Source: a virus
Taxonomy: Duplodnaviria > Heunggongvirae > Uroviricota > Caudoviricetes
Strand: one strand, 5' to 3'
Length of the DNA: 11,449 nt
Virus record (IMG/VR): IMGVR_UViG_2703718771_000002
Shown here: positions 5,331-11,449 of the stretch, in pieces
Layout of the letters: every line of letters starts with the position of its first letter
Numbering within the stretch: the stretch's first letter is position 1
Notes under the pieces: model-generated
Databases searched by the model: none
Told to the model about the DNA's origin: nothing
Seen by the model: the letters and a program-made list of their open reading frames with translations, nothing else
Made by a program: the position numbers and the translations under genes

Positions 5331-5582
5331 ATGGAATTTCATGAAAGTGCGATTTGTGATTTTCGCGCTAACGCAAATTCAGTAAAACCACAGCCAATTG
5401 CAGTTCTTTTAAAAACAATGGGTGCGTGGGCTGTTTTATGCTTCGCCGCTGACGACACTGACGCAAGAATGGCAATAGGACAAGAGATGGAGATGGACCC
5501 GACAAACGATGAATTCATAATTTATGGCGCTCCATCTAATTACTTACTTGATACCTGCAACATTTACAACAAGGCTGCCTGA
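5331..5582 (+). CDS. Hypothetical protein, 83 aa, first gene after N (ral/sieB-equivalent position)
   Basis: ATG 5331 with SD GAGGTG 4 nt upstream. No family recognised. Confidence 0.55.
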   Translation: MEFHESAICDFRANANSVKPQPIAVLLKTMGAWAVLCFAADDTDARMAIGQEMEMDPTNDEFIIYGAPSNYLLDTCNIYNKAA

Positions 5583-5629
5583 TGGTGGCCTTTATTTTTG
5601 GCATAAACAACAGAATAAACACAGCACTG

Positions 5630-5657
5630 TGTATTCATTCCAACGAGTGAATACACG
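5630..5657. other. Inverted repeat: 9-bp stem GTGTATTCA / TGAATACAC with a 10-nt loop
   Basis: Perfect 9-bp arms at 5630-5638 and 5649-5657 in the untranslated gap between the 5331 ORF and cIII. No T-run follows. Confidence 0.4.
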
Positions 5658-5718
5658 GAGCAATGTCGCTCGTAACTGAACAGGAGCCGACTTGTTCTGA
5701 TTATTGGAAATCTTCTTT

Positions 5719-5744
5719 GCCCTCCAGTGTGAGGGCTTTTTTAT
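5719..5744 (+). terminator. Intrinsic terminator inside the early-left operon (tL1-like, presumably overridden by N)
   Basis: Stem GCCCTC / GAGGGC, 6-nt loop, then TTTTTTAT. Confidence 0.6.
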
Positions 5745-5808
5745 ATGCATACCAATAACGCTTCACTCGAGGCGTTTTCGTTATGCAATCAAATATAAGG
5801 AGTTACCC

Positions 5809-5943
5809 ATGATGCACTTTCAGCTCGCGGGTAGCGGCGTCATGTCCGCTTTCTACCCGCACGAATCTGAATTATCACGCCAAGTTAAACAATTAATCAG
5901 AGCAGCAAAGAAACAACTGGAGGCGTTATGCGCAATGAAATAG
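5809..5943 (+). CDS. cIII: cIII-like small protein (44 aa), putative FtsH/HflB inhibitor
   Basis: ATG 5809 with SD AAGGAG 6 nt upstream. The central segment ESELSRQVKQLIRAAKKQL resembles the lambda CIII amphipathic region (ESLLERITRKLRDGWKRL) as recalled. Position matches lambda cIII. Confidence 0.5.
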   Translation: MMHFQLAGSGVMSAFYPHESELSRQVKQLIRAAKKQLEALCAMK

Positions 5944-6080
5944 CCATTAATCACCAGATGCTTCGTGCTGCACAGAACAAAGCAGTAATAGCCCGATTTA
6001 TTGGTGATTCAAAAATGTGGCTTGAAGCAAATAAAGCGATGAAATCAGCTATCAACCTTCCGTGGTATCGCAGGAAATGA
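5928..6080 (+). CDS. Small protein (50 aa), kil-like by position and size
   Basis: ATG 5928 with SD GGAGG. Translation MRNEIAINHQMLRAAQNKAVIARFIGDSKMWLEANKAMKSAINLPWYRRK. Overlaps the cIII stop region and the next ORF (ATGA). The resemblance to lambda Kil is from uncertain memory only. Confidence 0.35.
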   Translation: MRNEIAINHQMLRAAQNKAVIARFIGDSKMWLEANKAMKSAINLPWYRRK

Positions 6081-6235
6081 GTTTTACAGATAACTGGTCA
6101 GACGAAGAATTCATTCGTCAGATGAAAGATTTAATCGGTAACGAAGGAGATATTCATGTCACTTGCAACCACAGTGAAGGAGAGCAAGTTACAGAGACGC
6201 ATGTACACGCAGAAAGCTCTCTGGTATCGCCATAA
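6077..6235 (+). CDS. Small acidic hypothetical protein (52 aa)
   Basis: ATG 6077 overlaps the upstream TGA (ATGA). Translation MSFTDNWSDEEFIRQMKDLIGNEGDIHVTCNHSEGEQVTETHVHAESSLVSP. Poor SD spacing, so only weakly supported. Confidence 0.3.
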   Translation: MSFTDNWSDEEFIRQMKDLIGNEGDIHVTCNHSEGEQVTETHVHAESSLVSP

Positions 6236-6334
6236 TGGCGACCGCGAAGGAATGCGGGTATGCCTTAATTTGTCCCGAGTCGAAGTATTAAATCAGCGTT
6301 ATTTTCTTGGGCCATGTCCATTCTGAGGTGAATT

Positions 6335-7042
6335 ATGGATTTGAACAAATTCGATGAGCCATTCAGCCCTGAAGATATCGAATGGCGAATACAGCAAAGC
6401 GGTAAAACACGCGATGGAAAGGTGTGGGCTATGGTGCTGGCTTATGTCACGAACAGGGCAATCATGAAACGCCTGGATGATGTTTGCGGCAAAGCAGGAT
6501 GGCGCAATGAATACCGCGATATTCCCAACAACGGCGGCGTTGAATGCGGCATATCAATAAAGATTGATTCCGAATGGGTAACCAAATGGGATGCTGCTGA
6601 AAACACGCAGGTAGAAGCCGTCAAAGGTGGTCGTTCCGGTGCAATGAAGCGCGCTGCCGTTCAGTGGGGAATCGGTCGGTATCTGTATAACCTTGAGGAA
6701 GGTTTCGCACAAACATCTCTCGATAAAAAGCAGGGGTGGCACAGGGCAAAACTGAAGGATGGAACAGGATTTTACTGGCTCCCTCCATCGCTTCCGGGAT
6801 GGGCAATCCCAGCATCAGATAACAAACCATCACCAGAAAATACCAACCAGAAATCTCCATCGGTTGACTGCGAACAAATCCTGAAAGACTTCAGCGATTA
6901 TGCGTCAACAGAAACTGACAAGAAAAAACTCATCGAGCGTTATCAGCGTGACTGGCAATTAATGGCTGGCAACGAGGAAGCGCAGGCTAAATGCGTTCAG
7001 GTAATGAACATCAGAGTTAACGAACTAAAACAGGCGGCATAA
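6335..7042 (+). CDS. Rad52/Sak-type single-strand annealing protein (phage recombinase)
   Basis: 235-aa ORF with SD GAGGTG. Contains a GIGRYLY motif (AAVQWGIGRYLYNL), which I associate with the Rad52/22 annealase family. Immediately followed by ssb and an exonuclease. Confidence 0.6.
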   Translation: MDLNKFDEPFSPEDIEWRIQQSGKTRDGKVWAMVLAYVTNRAIMKRLDDVCGKAGWRNEYRDIPNNGGVECGISIKIDSEWVTKWDAAENTQVEAVKGGRSGAMKRAAVQWGIGRYLYNLEEGFAQTSLDKKQGWHRAKLKDGTGFYWLPPSLPGWAIPASDNKPSPENTNQKSPSVDCEQILKDFSDYASTETDKKKLIERYQRDWQLMAGNEEAQAKCVQVMNIRVNELKQAA

Positions 7043-7549
7043 ATGGCAAGCAGAGGCGTAAATAAGGTGATTATCCTTGGTCGGGTAGGACAAGACCCGG
7101 AAGTTCGATACTCACCATCAGGAACAGCGTTCGCTAACCTGACAATAGCCACGTCAGAACAATGGCGAGATAAAAATACTGGCGAGCAAAAGGAATTGAC
7201 TGAATGGCATCGTGTTGCTGTATCCGGGAAACTGGCTGAGGTCGTGGGGCAGTATGTGAAAAAAGGTGATCAGATTTATTTCGAAGGAATGCTGAGAACC
7301 AGAAAGTGGAAAGACCAGTCAGGGCAAGACCGTTACACAACCGAGGTTCATGTCGGAATTAATGGCGTGATGCAAATGCTTGGCGGCATTGGCGACAGCA
7401 AACAACAAGCAGCCAGCAGGCAATCACAGAAGCCACAGCAGCAATCATCACCAGCACAACACAACGAACCTCCGATGGATTTTGACGACGATATACCCTT
7501 TGCACCAGTAACTCTCCCCTTCCCTCGTCACGCTATTCACGCAATTTAA
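7043..7549 (+). CDS. ssb: Single-stranded DNA-binding protein
   Basis: 168 aa with an OB-fold N-terminus ([18 protein letters not shown] ... TEWHRV), a Gln/Pro-rich linker and the acidic C-terminal tail DFDDDIPF typical of bacterial and phage SSB. Confidence 0.9.
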   Translation: MASRGVNKVIILGRVGQDPEVRYSPSGTAFANLTIATSEQWRDKNTGEQKELTEWHRVAVSGKLAEVVGQYVKKGDQIYFEGMLRTRKWKDQSGQDRYTTEVHVGINGVMQMLGGIGDSKQQAASRQSQKPQQQSSPAQHNEPPMDFDDDIPFAPVTLPFPRHAIHAI

Positions 7550-7557
7550 GGACTTAC

Positions 7558-8106
7558 ATGAATCACTTAATGGTTGACCTTGAAACAATGGGCAACGGGC
7601 CATACGCGCCAGTTATTTCTATTGGGGCGGTATTCTTTGACCCGAATACCGGAGAAACAGGAGAAGAGTTCTCGGTAAATATCTCGCTTGAGTCATCAAT
7701 GCGATATCGGGCGCGTCCTGACGCTTCAACGATTTTATGGTGGATGGAACAGAGTGAAGAAGCCAGAAAATCGCTAACCAGCAACACTCAAGAGCTTTCA
7801 ACGGCTCTTTCATGGTTATCTGAATTCATCATAAAGAACGCTAACCACAAATTCGTTCAGGTTTGGGGGAATGGAGCATCATTTGACTGCGTTATTCTCC
7901 GAAACAGTTATTCGCTGACAGGGCAGCCAGTTCCGTGGCAGTGGTGGAATGACCGCGACGTAAGAACAATCGTCGAACTTGGGAAGGTAATAGGATTCGA
8001 CCCTAAGCGAGATATGCCATTCAAAGGAACTCGCCACAACGCGCTTGATGATGCCATTCACCAAGCCAAATACGTTTCAGCGATCTGGAAAAAGTTAGCT
8101 AAATAA
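7558..8106 (+). CDS. DnaQ-like DEDDh 3-prime to 5-prime exonuclease
   Basis: 182 aa with Exo I-like VDLETMG, Exo II-like WGNGASFDCVIL and Exo III-like HNALDDAIHQAKY motifs. Confidence 0.65.
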   Translation: MNHLMVDLETMGNGPYAPVISIGAVFFDPNTGETGEEFSVNISLESSMRYRARPDASTILWWMEQSEEARKSLTSNTQELSTALSWLSEFIIKNANHKFVQVWGNGASFDCVILRNSYSLTGQPVPWQWWNDRDVRTIVELGKVIGFDPKRDMPFKGTRHNALDDAIHQAKYVSAIWKKLAK

Positions 8107-8122
8107 TCAACAGGAGAAAACC

Positions 8123-8419
8123 ATGCCAGCGCCTCTGTATGGTGCGGATGACGCGCGCCGCTGTTCCGGCAATTCCGTATCGGAGGTGCTGGATAAATTC
8201 AGGAAAAACTACGACAGGATAATGTCGCTACCGCAGGAAACGAAAGAGGAAAAGGAATTTCGCCACTGTATATGGCTTGCAGAGAAAGAAGAACGCGAGC
8301 GAATTTACCAGACATCAATCCGACCATTCCGCAAAGCCACATATACCCACTTCCCTGAATATATCGACCCGCGCCTGCGTAATTACCGCTCACGCTATGG
8401 CGCTATCAGTAATGGTTGA
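8123..8419 (+). CDS. Hypothetical protein, 98 aa
   Basis: ATG 8123 with SD AGGAG 6 nt upstream. Basic and charged; no family recognised. Confidence 0.55.
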   Translation: MPAPLYGADDARRCSGNSVSEVLDKFRKNYDRIMSLPQETKEEKEFRHCIWLAEKEERERIYQTSIRPFRKATYTHFPEYIDPRLRNYRSRYGAISNG

Positions 8420-8429
8420 GGAATTAACA

Positions 8430-8720
8430 ATGAAAACAATGAAGCTAAACATCGACCTCGGCAAATACGTTATTACCGGAACCAAACACGACCTGATTCT
8501 TAGTGAAAGAGGAATTATCAAAGAAGGTGAGAATGCAGGGAAAGAAACACTAAGTCGTATCGGTTATTACAGCAAGTTTGAGCATCTGGTTAAAGAGTTA
8601 TGCAACCGTGAAATTCTGTTATCTCAGGCGCAGACGTTACAGGATATTCAGCAGCATATCGAGACTGTATGTGTGTCACTTAGCATGGCTATTGACCAGT
8701 TCGTGGAGAGTAAATCATGA
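8430..8720 (+). CDS. Hypothetical protein, 96 aa
   Basis: ATG 8430 with SD GAGGAA 6 nt upstream. The track's longer version (from 8277) overlaps the preceding gene. Translation begins [17 protein letters not shown]. Confidence 0.55.
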   Translation: MKTMKLNIDLGKYVITGTKHDLILSERGIIKEGENAGKETLSRIGYYSKFEHLVKELCNREILLSQAQTLQDIQQHIETVCVSLSMAIDQFVESKS

Positions 8721-8881
8721 GGGGACTTGCATACAATCCCGGCATTCTTCCGGCAGAAATGATTATTCGCCAACGCGTAAAGCCAATGCCATCGAGAGAG
8801 GAATTGCTTAAGAGAAATTCTTTTCCATCAGTGAATCAAAACAAATATCTGAATGCGATGTGGCGGAGTGGGAAGAAATGA
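8717..8881 (+). CDS. Small hypothetical protein (54 aa), translationally coupled on both sides
   Basis: ATG 8717 overlaps the upstream stop (ATGA); its own stop TGA 8879-8881 overlaps the next ATG at 8878 (ATGA). Translation [54 protein letters not shown]. Confidence 0.35.
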   Translation: MRGLAYNPGILPAEMIIRQRVKPMPSREELLKRNSFPSVNQNKYLNAMWRSGKK

Positions 8882-9378
8882 AACAAATGACACTAATTGA
8901 GATGGATGGTTTTCTGAAAGGTGAATGCATCCCACGAGATTTAAAGGTTAACGAAACAAACGCTGAATATCTTGTCCGTAAGTTCGGTGAACTTGAATCA
9001 AAACTAGAAACGGCGTTGCGGGAGTGTCGTTCTGCTGGAATCACGATTGATAACCTTGAGGCCAAGTGCGCGGCGCTGGTAGCGGAGAGTGCGGGGATGA
9101 AGAAGTTCTGCAAAGACGCTGCATTCGATGCCGATTACGAAGCAGAGCTAGGTATGGAGCGTGGTGGATTCAGTGATGCGCTTAACGAAATCAAAACCCC
9201 AGCCACCGATGCTTTCCTGGCTGAAGTCCGGGCTAAGGCGTTTGATGACCTTTGCGCGGCGTTCGTTAAGCACGCGTCGGTGTCCGGGCTGGACGATGGC
9301 GACTGCGTTACGGTGAAAGAGGCGACTGACGCTCTGCTGCATTGTGCGGAACAGCTTCACGAGGGAGTGCATTCATGA
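8878..9378 (+). CDS. Hypothetical protein, 166 aa, acidic
   Basis: ATG 8878 with SD GGAG about 9 nt upstream (alternative GTG at 8860). Its stop overlaps the Lar-like start (ATGA at 9375-9378). No family recognised. Confidence 0.55.
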   Translation: MKQMTLIEMDGFLKGECIPRDLKVNETNAEYLVRKFGELESKLETALRECRSAGITIDNLEAKCAALVAESAGMKKFCKDAAFDADYEAELGMERGGFSDALNEIKTPATDAFLAEVRAKAFDDLCAAFVKHASVSGLDDGDCVTVKEATDALLHCAEQLHEGVHS

Positions 9379-9608
9379 GCAACCTACTACCATGTCCATT
9401 CTGTGGCGGCGCAGCGCACGTTGCCAGCGAAGCAGATCACCCTGAATATGGCTCTGGCGGTCGATTCTATTTCGTTCGATGCGGTACGTGTCGCGCTCAA
9501 TCTGGTAGCAAATATGCAGCGCCTGGAAATGACTGCGCGATTTTTTATTCAGAGGTTAGAGCAGAGTGGAATCAGCGAGCAAAGGAGGCAACCAGTGAGC
9601 GAAATTGA
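9375..9608 (+). CDS. Lar-like zinc-ribbon protein (putative restriction alleviation)
   Basis: ATG 9375 with SD GAGGGAG. Translation starts [16 protein letters not shown] with a second Cys pair at VRCGTC. The CPFCGG N-terminus is as I recall for the Lar restriction-alleviation family. Confidence 0.45.
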   Translation: MSNLLPCPFCGGAAHVASEADHPEYGSGGRFYFVRCGTCRAQSGSKYAAPGNDCAIFYSEVRAEWNQRAKEATSERN

Positions 9609-10191
9609 CTATCAGGCACTGCGTGAGGCGGCGGAACGTGCAATTCCAGCAATGGAACGCCTGTTAATGTTGCCAGTTGATGATGATTTGTTAAGTGAAC
9701 AGGAACTTAAAGATTACGGTGTGGATATTGATGCGCTCAACGCCTTCAAATTTCTGGCCGGACCAGAAACCGTGCTGGCACTACTGGATGAGATCAACGC
9801 ATTAGAGGAAACGCGTATCAACGATGTTTGCCGTATTGCGGAACTAACAAAACAACTGGAGTCGGCAAAATCAAAACTCAACGAGCAGCGTGAATATTAC
9901 GAGGGAGTAATCTCGGATGGGAGTAAGCGTATTGCAGAACTGGAAAGCAACGAAGTCCGTGAAGACGGAAATCAGTTTCTTGTTGTTCGCCACCCCGGGA
10001 AAACTCCTGTCATCAAGCACTGCACTGGTGACCTAGAAGAGTTTCTGCGGAAGTTAATCGAACAAGACCCGTTAGTAACTATCGACATCATTACGCATCG
10101 CTATTACGGGATTGGCGGTCAATGGGTTCAGGATGCAGTTGAGTATCTGCATATGATGTCTGACGCAGGCATTCGCATCAAAGGAGAGTGA
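9595..10191 (+). CDS. Ea22-like coiled-coil protein (ead/Ea22 family, function unknown)
   Basis: GTG 9595 preceded by the strong SD AAGGAGG. The track's ATG at 9403 would overlap the Lar-like gene by about 200 nt. The N-terminal YQALREAAERA motif and predicted coiled-coil resemble Ea22-like prophage proteins as recalled. Confidence 0.5.
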   Translation: MSEIDYQALREAAERAIPAMERLLMLPVDDDLLSEQELKDYGVDIDALNAFKFLAGPETVLALLDEINALEETRINDVCRIAELTKQLESAKSKLNEQREYYEGVISDGSKRIAELESNEVREDGNQFLVVRHPGKTPVIKHCTGDLEEFLRKLIEQDPLVTIDIITHRYYGIGGQWVQDAVEYLHMMSDAGIRIKGE

Positions 10192-10192
10192 T

Positions 10193-10741
10193 ATGACCAC
10201 TATAACCGATAAGAAACAGTATCCCAGCAAGCAATATCTTAATGAGCTGATCACCAACATAGAGTTTGCTGCAAGGGCACCAGTTGAAGTCGTGAGAGCG
10301 ATGGCAGCAGAGCTACAGAAGCGGCGCGAAGCTGATAGTGCAGAACCTGTAAGCCAAACTTACAAGTTGCCAGTTAATACACCTTGCCAAGATGCGCCAG
10401 CCCATATCTGGCTGCAAACGGCTGGAGTATGGCCAGAAGATGGCGAGTTAAGCGAATTAACGTGGTGCAGCCACAATCAGCACCATGATGACACGCTATA
10501 TGTTCGAGCTGACCTTGTGAATGGCAACTCTCCGGTAATTCCGGATGGTTGGATAAGCTGTAGTGAGCGAATGCCGGATAAGTTAATTCCGGTAATGGTC
10601 ATGTATGAAGACGGTGAGATGTGGTCTGCAATGTGGAATGGTAATCGCTGGGATGATGGCACCGAATATCCGGATCCGCACTCAGTTACGCACTGGCGTG
10701 AAATGCCAGCAGCACCGAAGCAGGAGGTTAACCGTGGCTAA
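10193..10741 (+). CDS. DUF551-domain phage protein
   Basis: 182 aa, ATG 10193 with SD AAGGAGAG. The C-terminal segment (WISCSERMPDK ... VTHWREMPAAPK) matches the DUF551 signature as recalled. Confidence 0.6.
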   Translation: MTTITDKKQYPSKQYLNELITNIEFAARAPVEVVRAMAAELQKRREADSAEPVSQTYKLPVNTPCQDAPAHIWLQTAGVWPEDGELSELTWCSHNQHHDDTLYVRADLVNGNSPVIPDGWISCSERMPDKLIPVMVMYEDGEMWSAMWNGNRWDDGTEYPDPHSVTHWREMPAAPKQEVNRG

Positions 10742-11018
10742 CCTGCAACTTGCCGTTAAAGGTGAATACTTCGATGCCATGATTCGCGGAGAGAAAACGG
10801 AAGAGTATCGCCTGTGTAATGACTACTGGAAAAAGCGCCTCGTTAACCGTAAGTATGACCGCCTGATTATCACAAAGGGATATCCGAAGCGCGACGACTT
10901 CAGTCGCAGAATTGATGTCCCGTATGACGGATATGAAATCAAGACAATCACACATCCCCACTTCGGCGATAAACCGGTAAAGGTATACGCGATAAAGGTG
11001 AATATCAGCAATGAATAA
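10734..11018 (+). CDS. ASCH/PUA-like domain protein (94 aa)
   Basis: GTG 10734 preceded by SD AGGAGG, overlapping the previous gene by 8 nt. N-terminal pattern AVKGEYFDAMIRGEKTEEYRL is reminiscent of ASCH domains. The track's longer ORF from 10605 is rejected. Confidence 0.45.
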   Translation: MANLQLAVKGEYFDAMIRGEKTEEYRLCNDYWKKRLVNRKYDRLIITKGYPKRDDFSRRIDVPYDGYEIKTITHPHFGDKPVKVYAIKVNISNE

Positions 11019-11022
11019 CAAT

Positions 11023-11048
11023 CCTCGCATTCGCGGGGATTTCTTTTA
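11023..11048 (+). terminator. Candidate intrinsic terminator after the ASCH-like gene
   Basis: Stem CCTCGC / GCGGGG (one G-U pair), loop ATTC, then ATTTCTTTTAT. Confidence 0.35.
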
Positions 11049-11089
11049 TCTGAACTCGCTACGGCGGGTTTTGTTTTATGGAGATGATT

Positions 11090-11389
11090 ATGGCCTGTTC
11101 AACATTCAACCCTCTAACGTTACAGAAATACCAGCCAGACCCTGAAGATTTATGCTCACTGTGTGGCGGAAATCATGGTAAAGCAGCCATGATCGAATGT
11201 AAGGACAAAATCCACATTTGCCTTAATTGCGTTGATGTCCTCGTTGATATCAAAAATGAGAGAGAAGATAAAAAGCGTAGCGAGGCTGTTCGCGCCTTAG
11301 ATTCATGGATGCGAGATGGATATAGTGCCGCGCAAATTTATGACTTAGCAATATCAAAAGGCGAAATACCAGGAGTACGCATCGAATAA
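11090..11389 (+). CDS. Cys-rich hypothetical protein (putative zinc ribbon), 99 aa
   Basis: ATG 11090 with GGAGA 5-6 nt upstream (alternative in-frame ATGs at 11078 and 11084). Cys pairs CSLCGG and CLNC. Confidence 0.5.
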   Translation: MACSTFNPLTLQKYQPDPEDLCSLCGGNHGKAAMIECKDKIHICLNCVDVLVDIKNEREDKKRSEAVRALDSWMRDGYSAAQIYDLAISKGEIPGVRIE

Positions 11390-11430
11390 GACGTAACCGA
11401 TATTCGAATTGAAGAACTGAAAGAACACCA

Positions 11431-11449
11431 AGCCGCCTGATGGCGGTTT
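11431..11449 (+). terminator. Possible terminator hairpin truncated by the window edge
   Basis: Stem AGCCGCC / GGCGGTT with loop TGAT, then TTT where the window ends. Confidence 0.25.

Noticed and set aside
5082-5342. Minus-strand 86-aa ORF antisense to N
   Set aside because: Antisense to the N-like gene, hydrophobic low-complexity translation, no SD.
5704-5808. Upstream extension of the cIII-like ORF
   Set aside because: The extension would translate through the 5719-5744 terminator hairpin and has no SD. ATG 5809 follows AAGGAG at ideal spacing.
6442-6860. Three minus-strand ORFs inside the annealase gene
   Set aside because: Antisense shadows of a gene with recognisable Rad52-type motifs.
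9403-9594. Upstream part of the 262-aa ORF overlapping the Lar-like gene
   Set aside because: It would overlap the Lar-like coding frame by about 200 nt. GTG 9595 with AAGGAGG is a far better start.
10605-10733. Upstream part of the 137-aa ORF overlapping the DUF551 gene
   Set aside because: It overlaps the DUF551 C-terminal coding region in another frame. GTG 10734 follows AGGAGG.
1-11449. tRNA, rRNA, integrase/att, transposase or IS elements
   Set aside because: No cloverleaf-type conserved tRNA motifs, no rRNA-like stretch, no tyrosine-recombinase or transposase ORF, and no long terminal inverted repeats seen. The window covers the immunity and early region only.

Overview
This window is the immunity and early-regulatory core of a lambdoid (enterobacterial-type) temperate phage or prophage, in inverted orientation relative to the conventional lambda map. 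All calls are from reading the sequence and from recalled protein families; no database search was run. Minus strand, right to left: PR/OR, cro, nutR, cII, a small overlapping ORF, an O-like replication initiator with an intragenic iteron origin, and a DnaB-type helicase that runs off the left edge. Plus strand: a cI repressor (LexA/S24 type, with a C-terminal domain that matches lambda cI as I recall it and a different N-terminal DNA-binding domain), an ORF-free spacer ending in an intrinsic terminator, a stand-alone 173-codon gene of unknown function with its own candidate promoter, a second terminator, pL/OL, nutL, and an N-like antiterminator. Downstream of N is an early-left operon: cIII-like, kil-like, a recombination module (Rad52-type annealase, SSB, DEDDh exonuclease), then small accessory genes (Lar-like zinc ribbon, Ea22-like, DUF551, ASCH-like, a Cys-rich ORF). 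I see no tRNA, rRNA, CRISPR array, IS element, integrase or att site. The best candidate for an undescribed system is the terminator-insulated cargo locus between cI and pL (about 3250-4603), which sits exactly where lambda carries rexAB; its function cannot be assigned from sequence alone.
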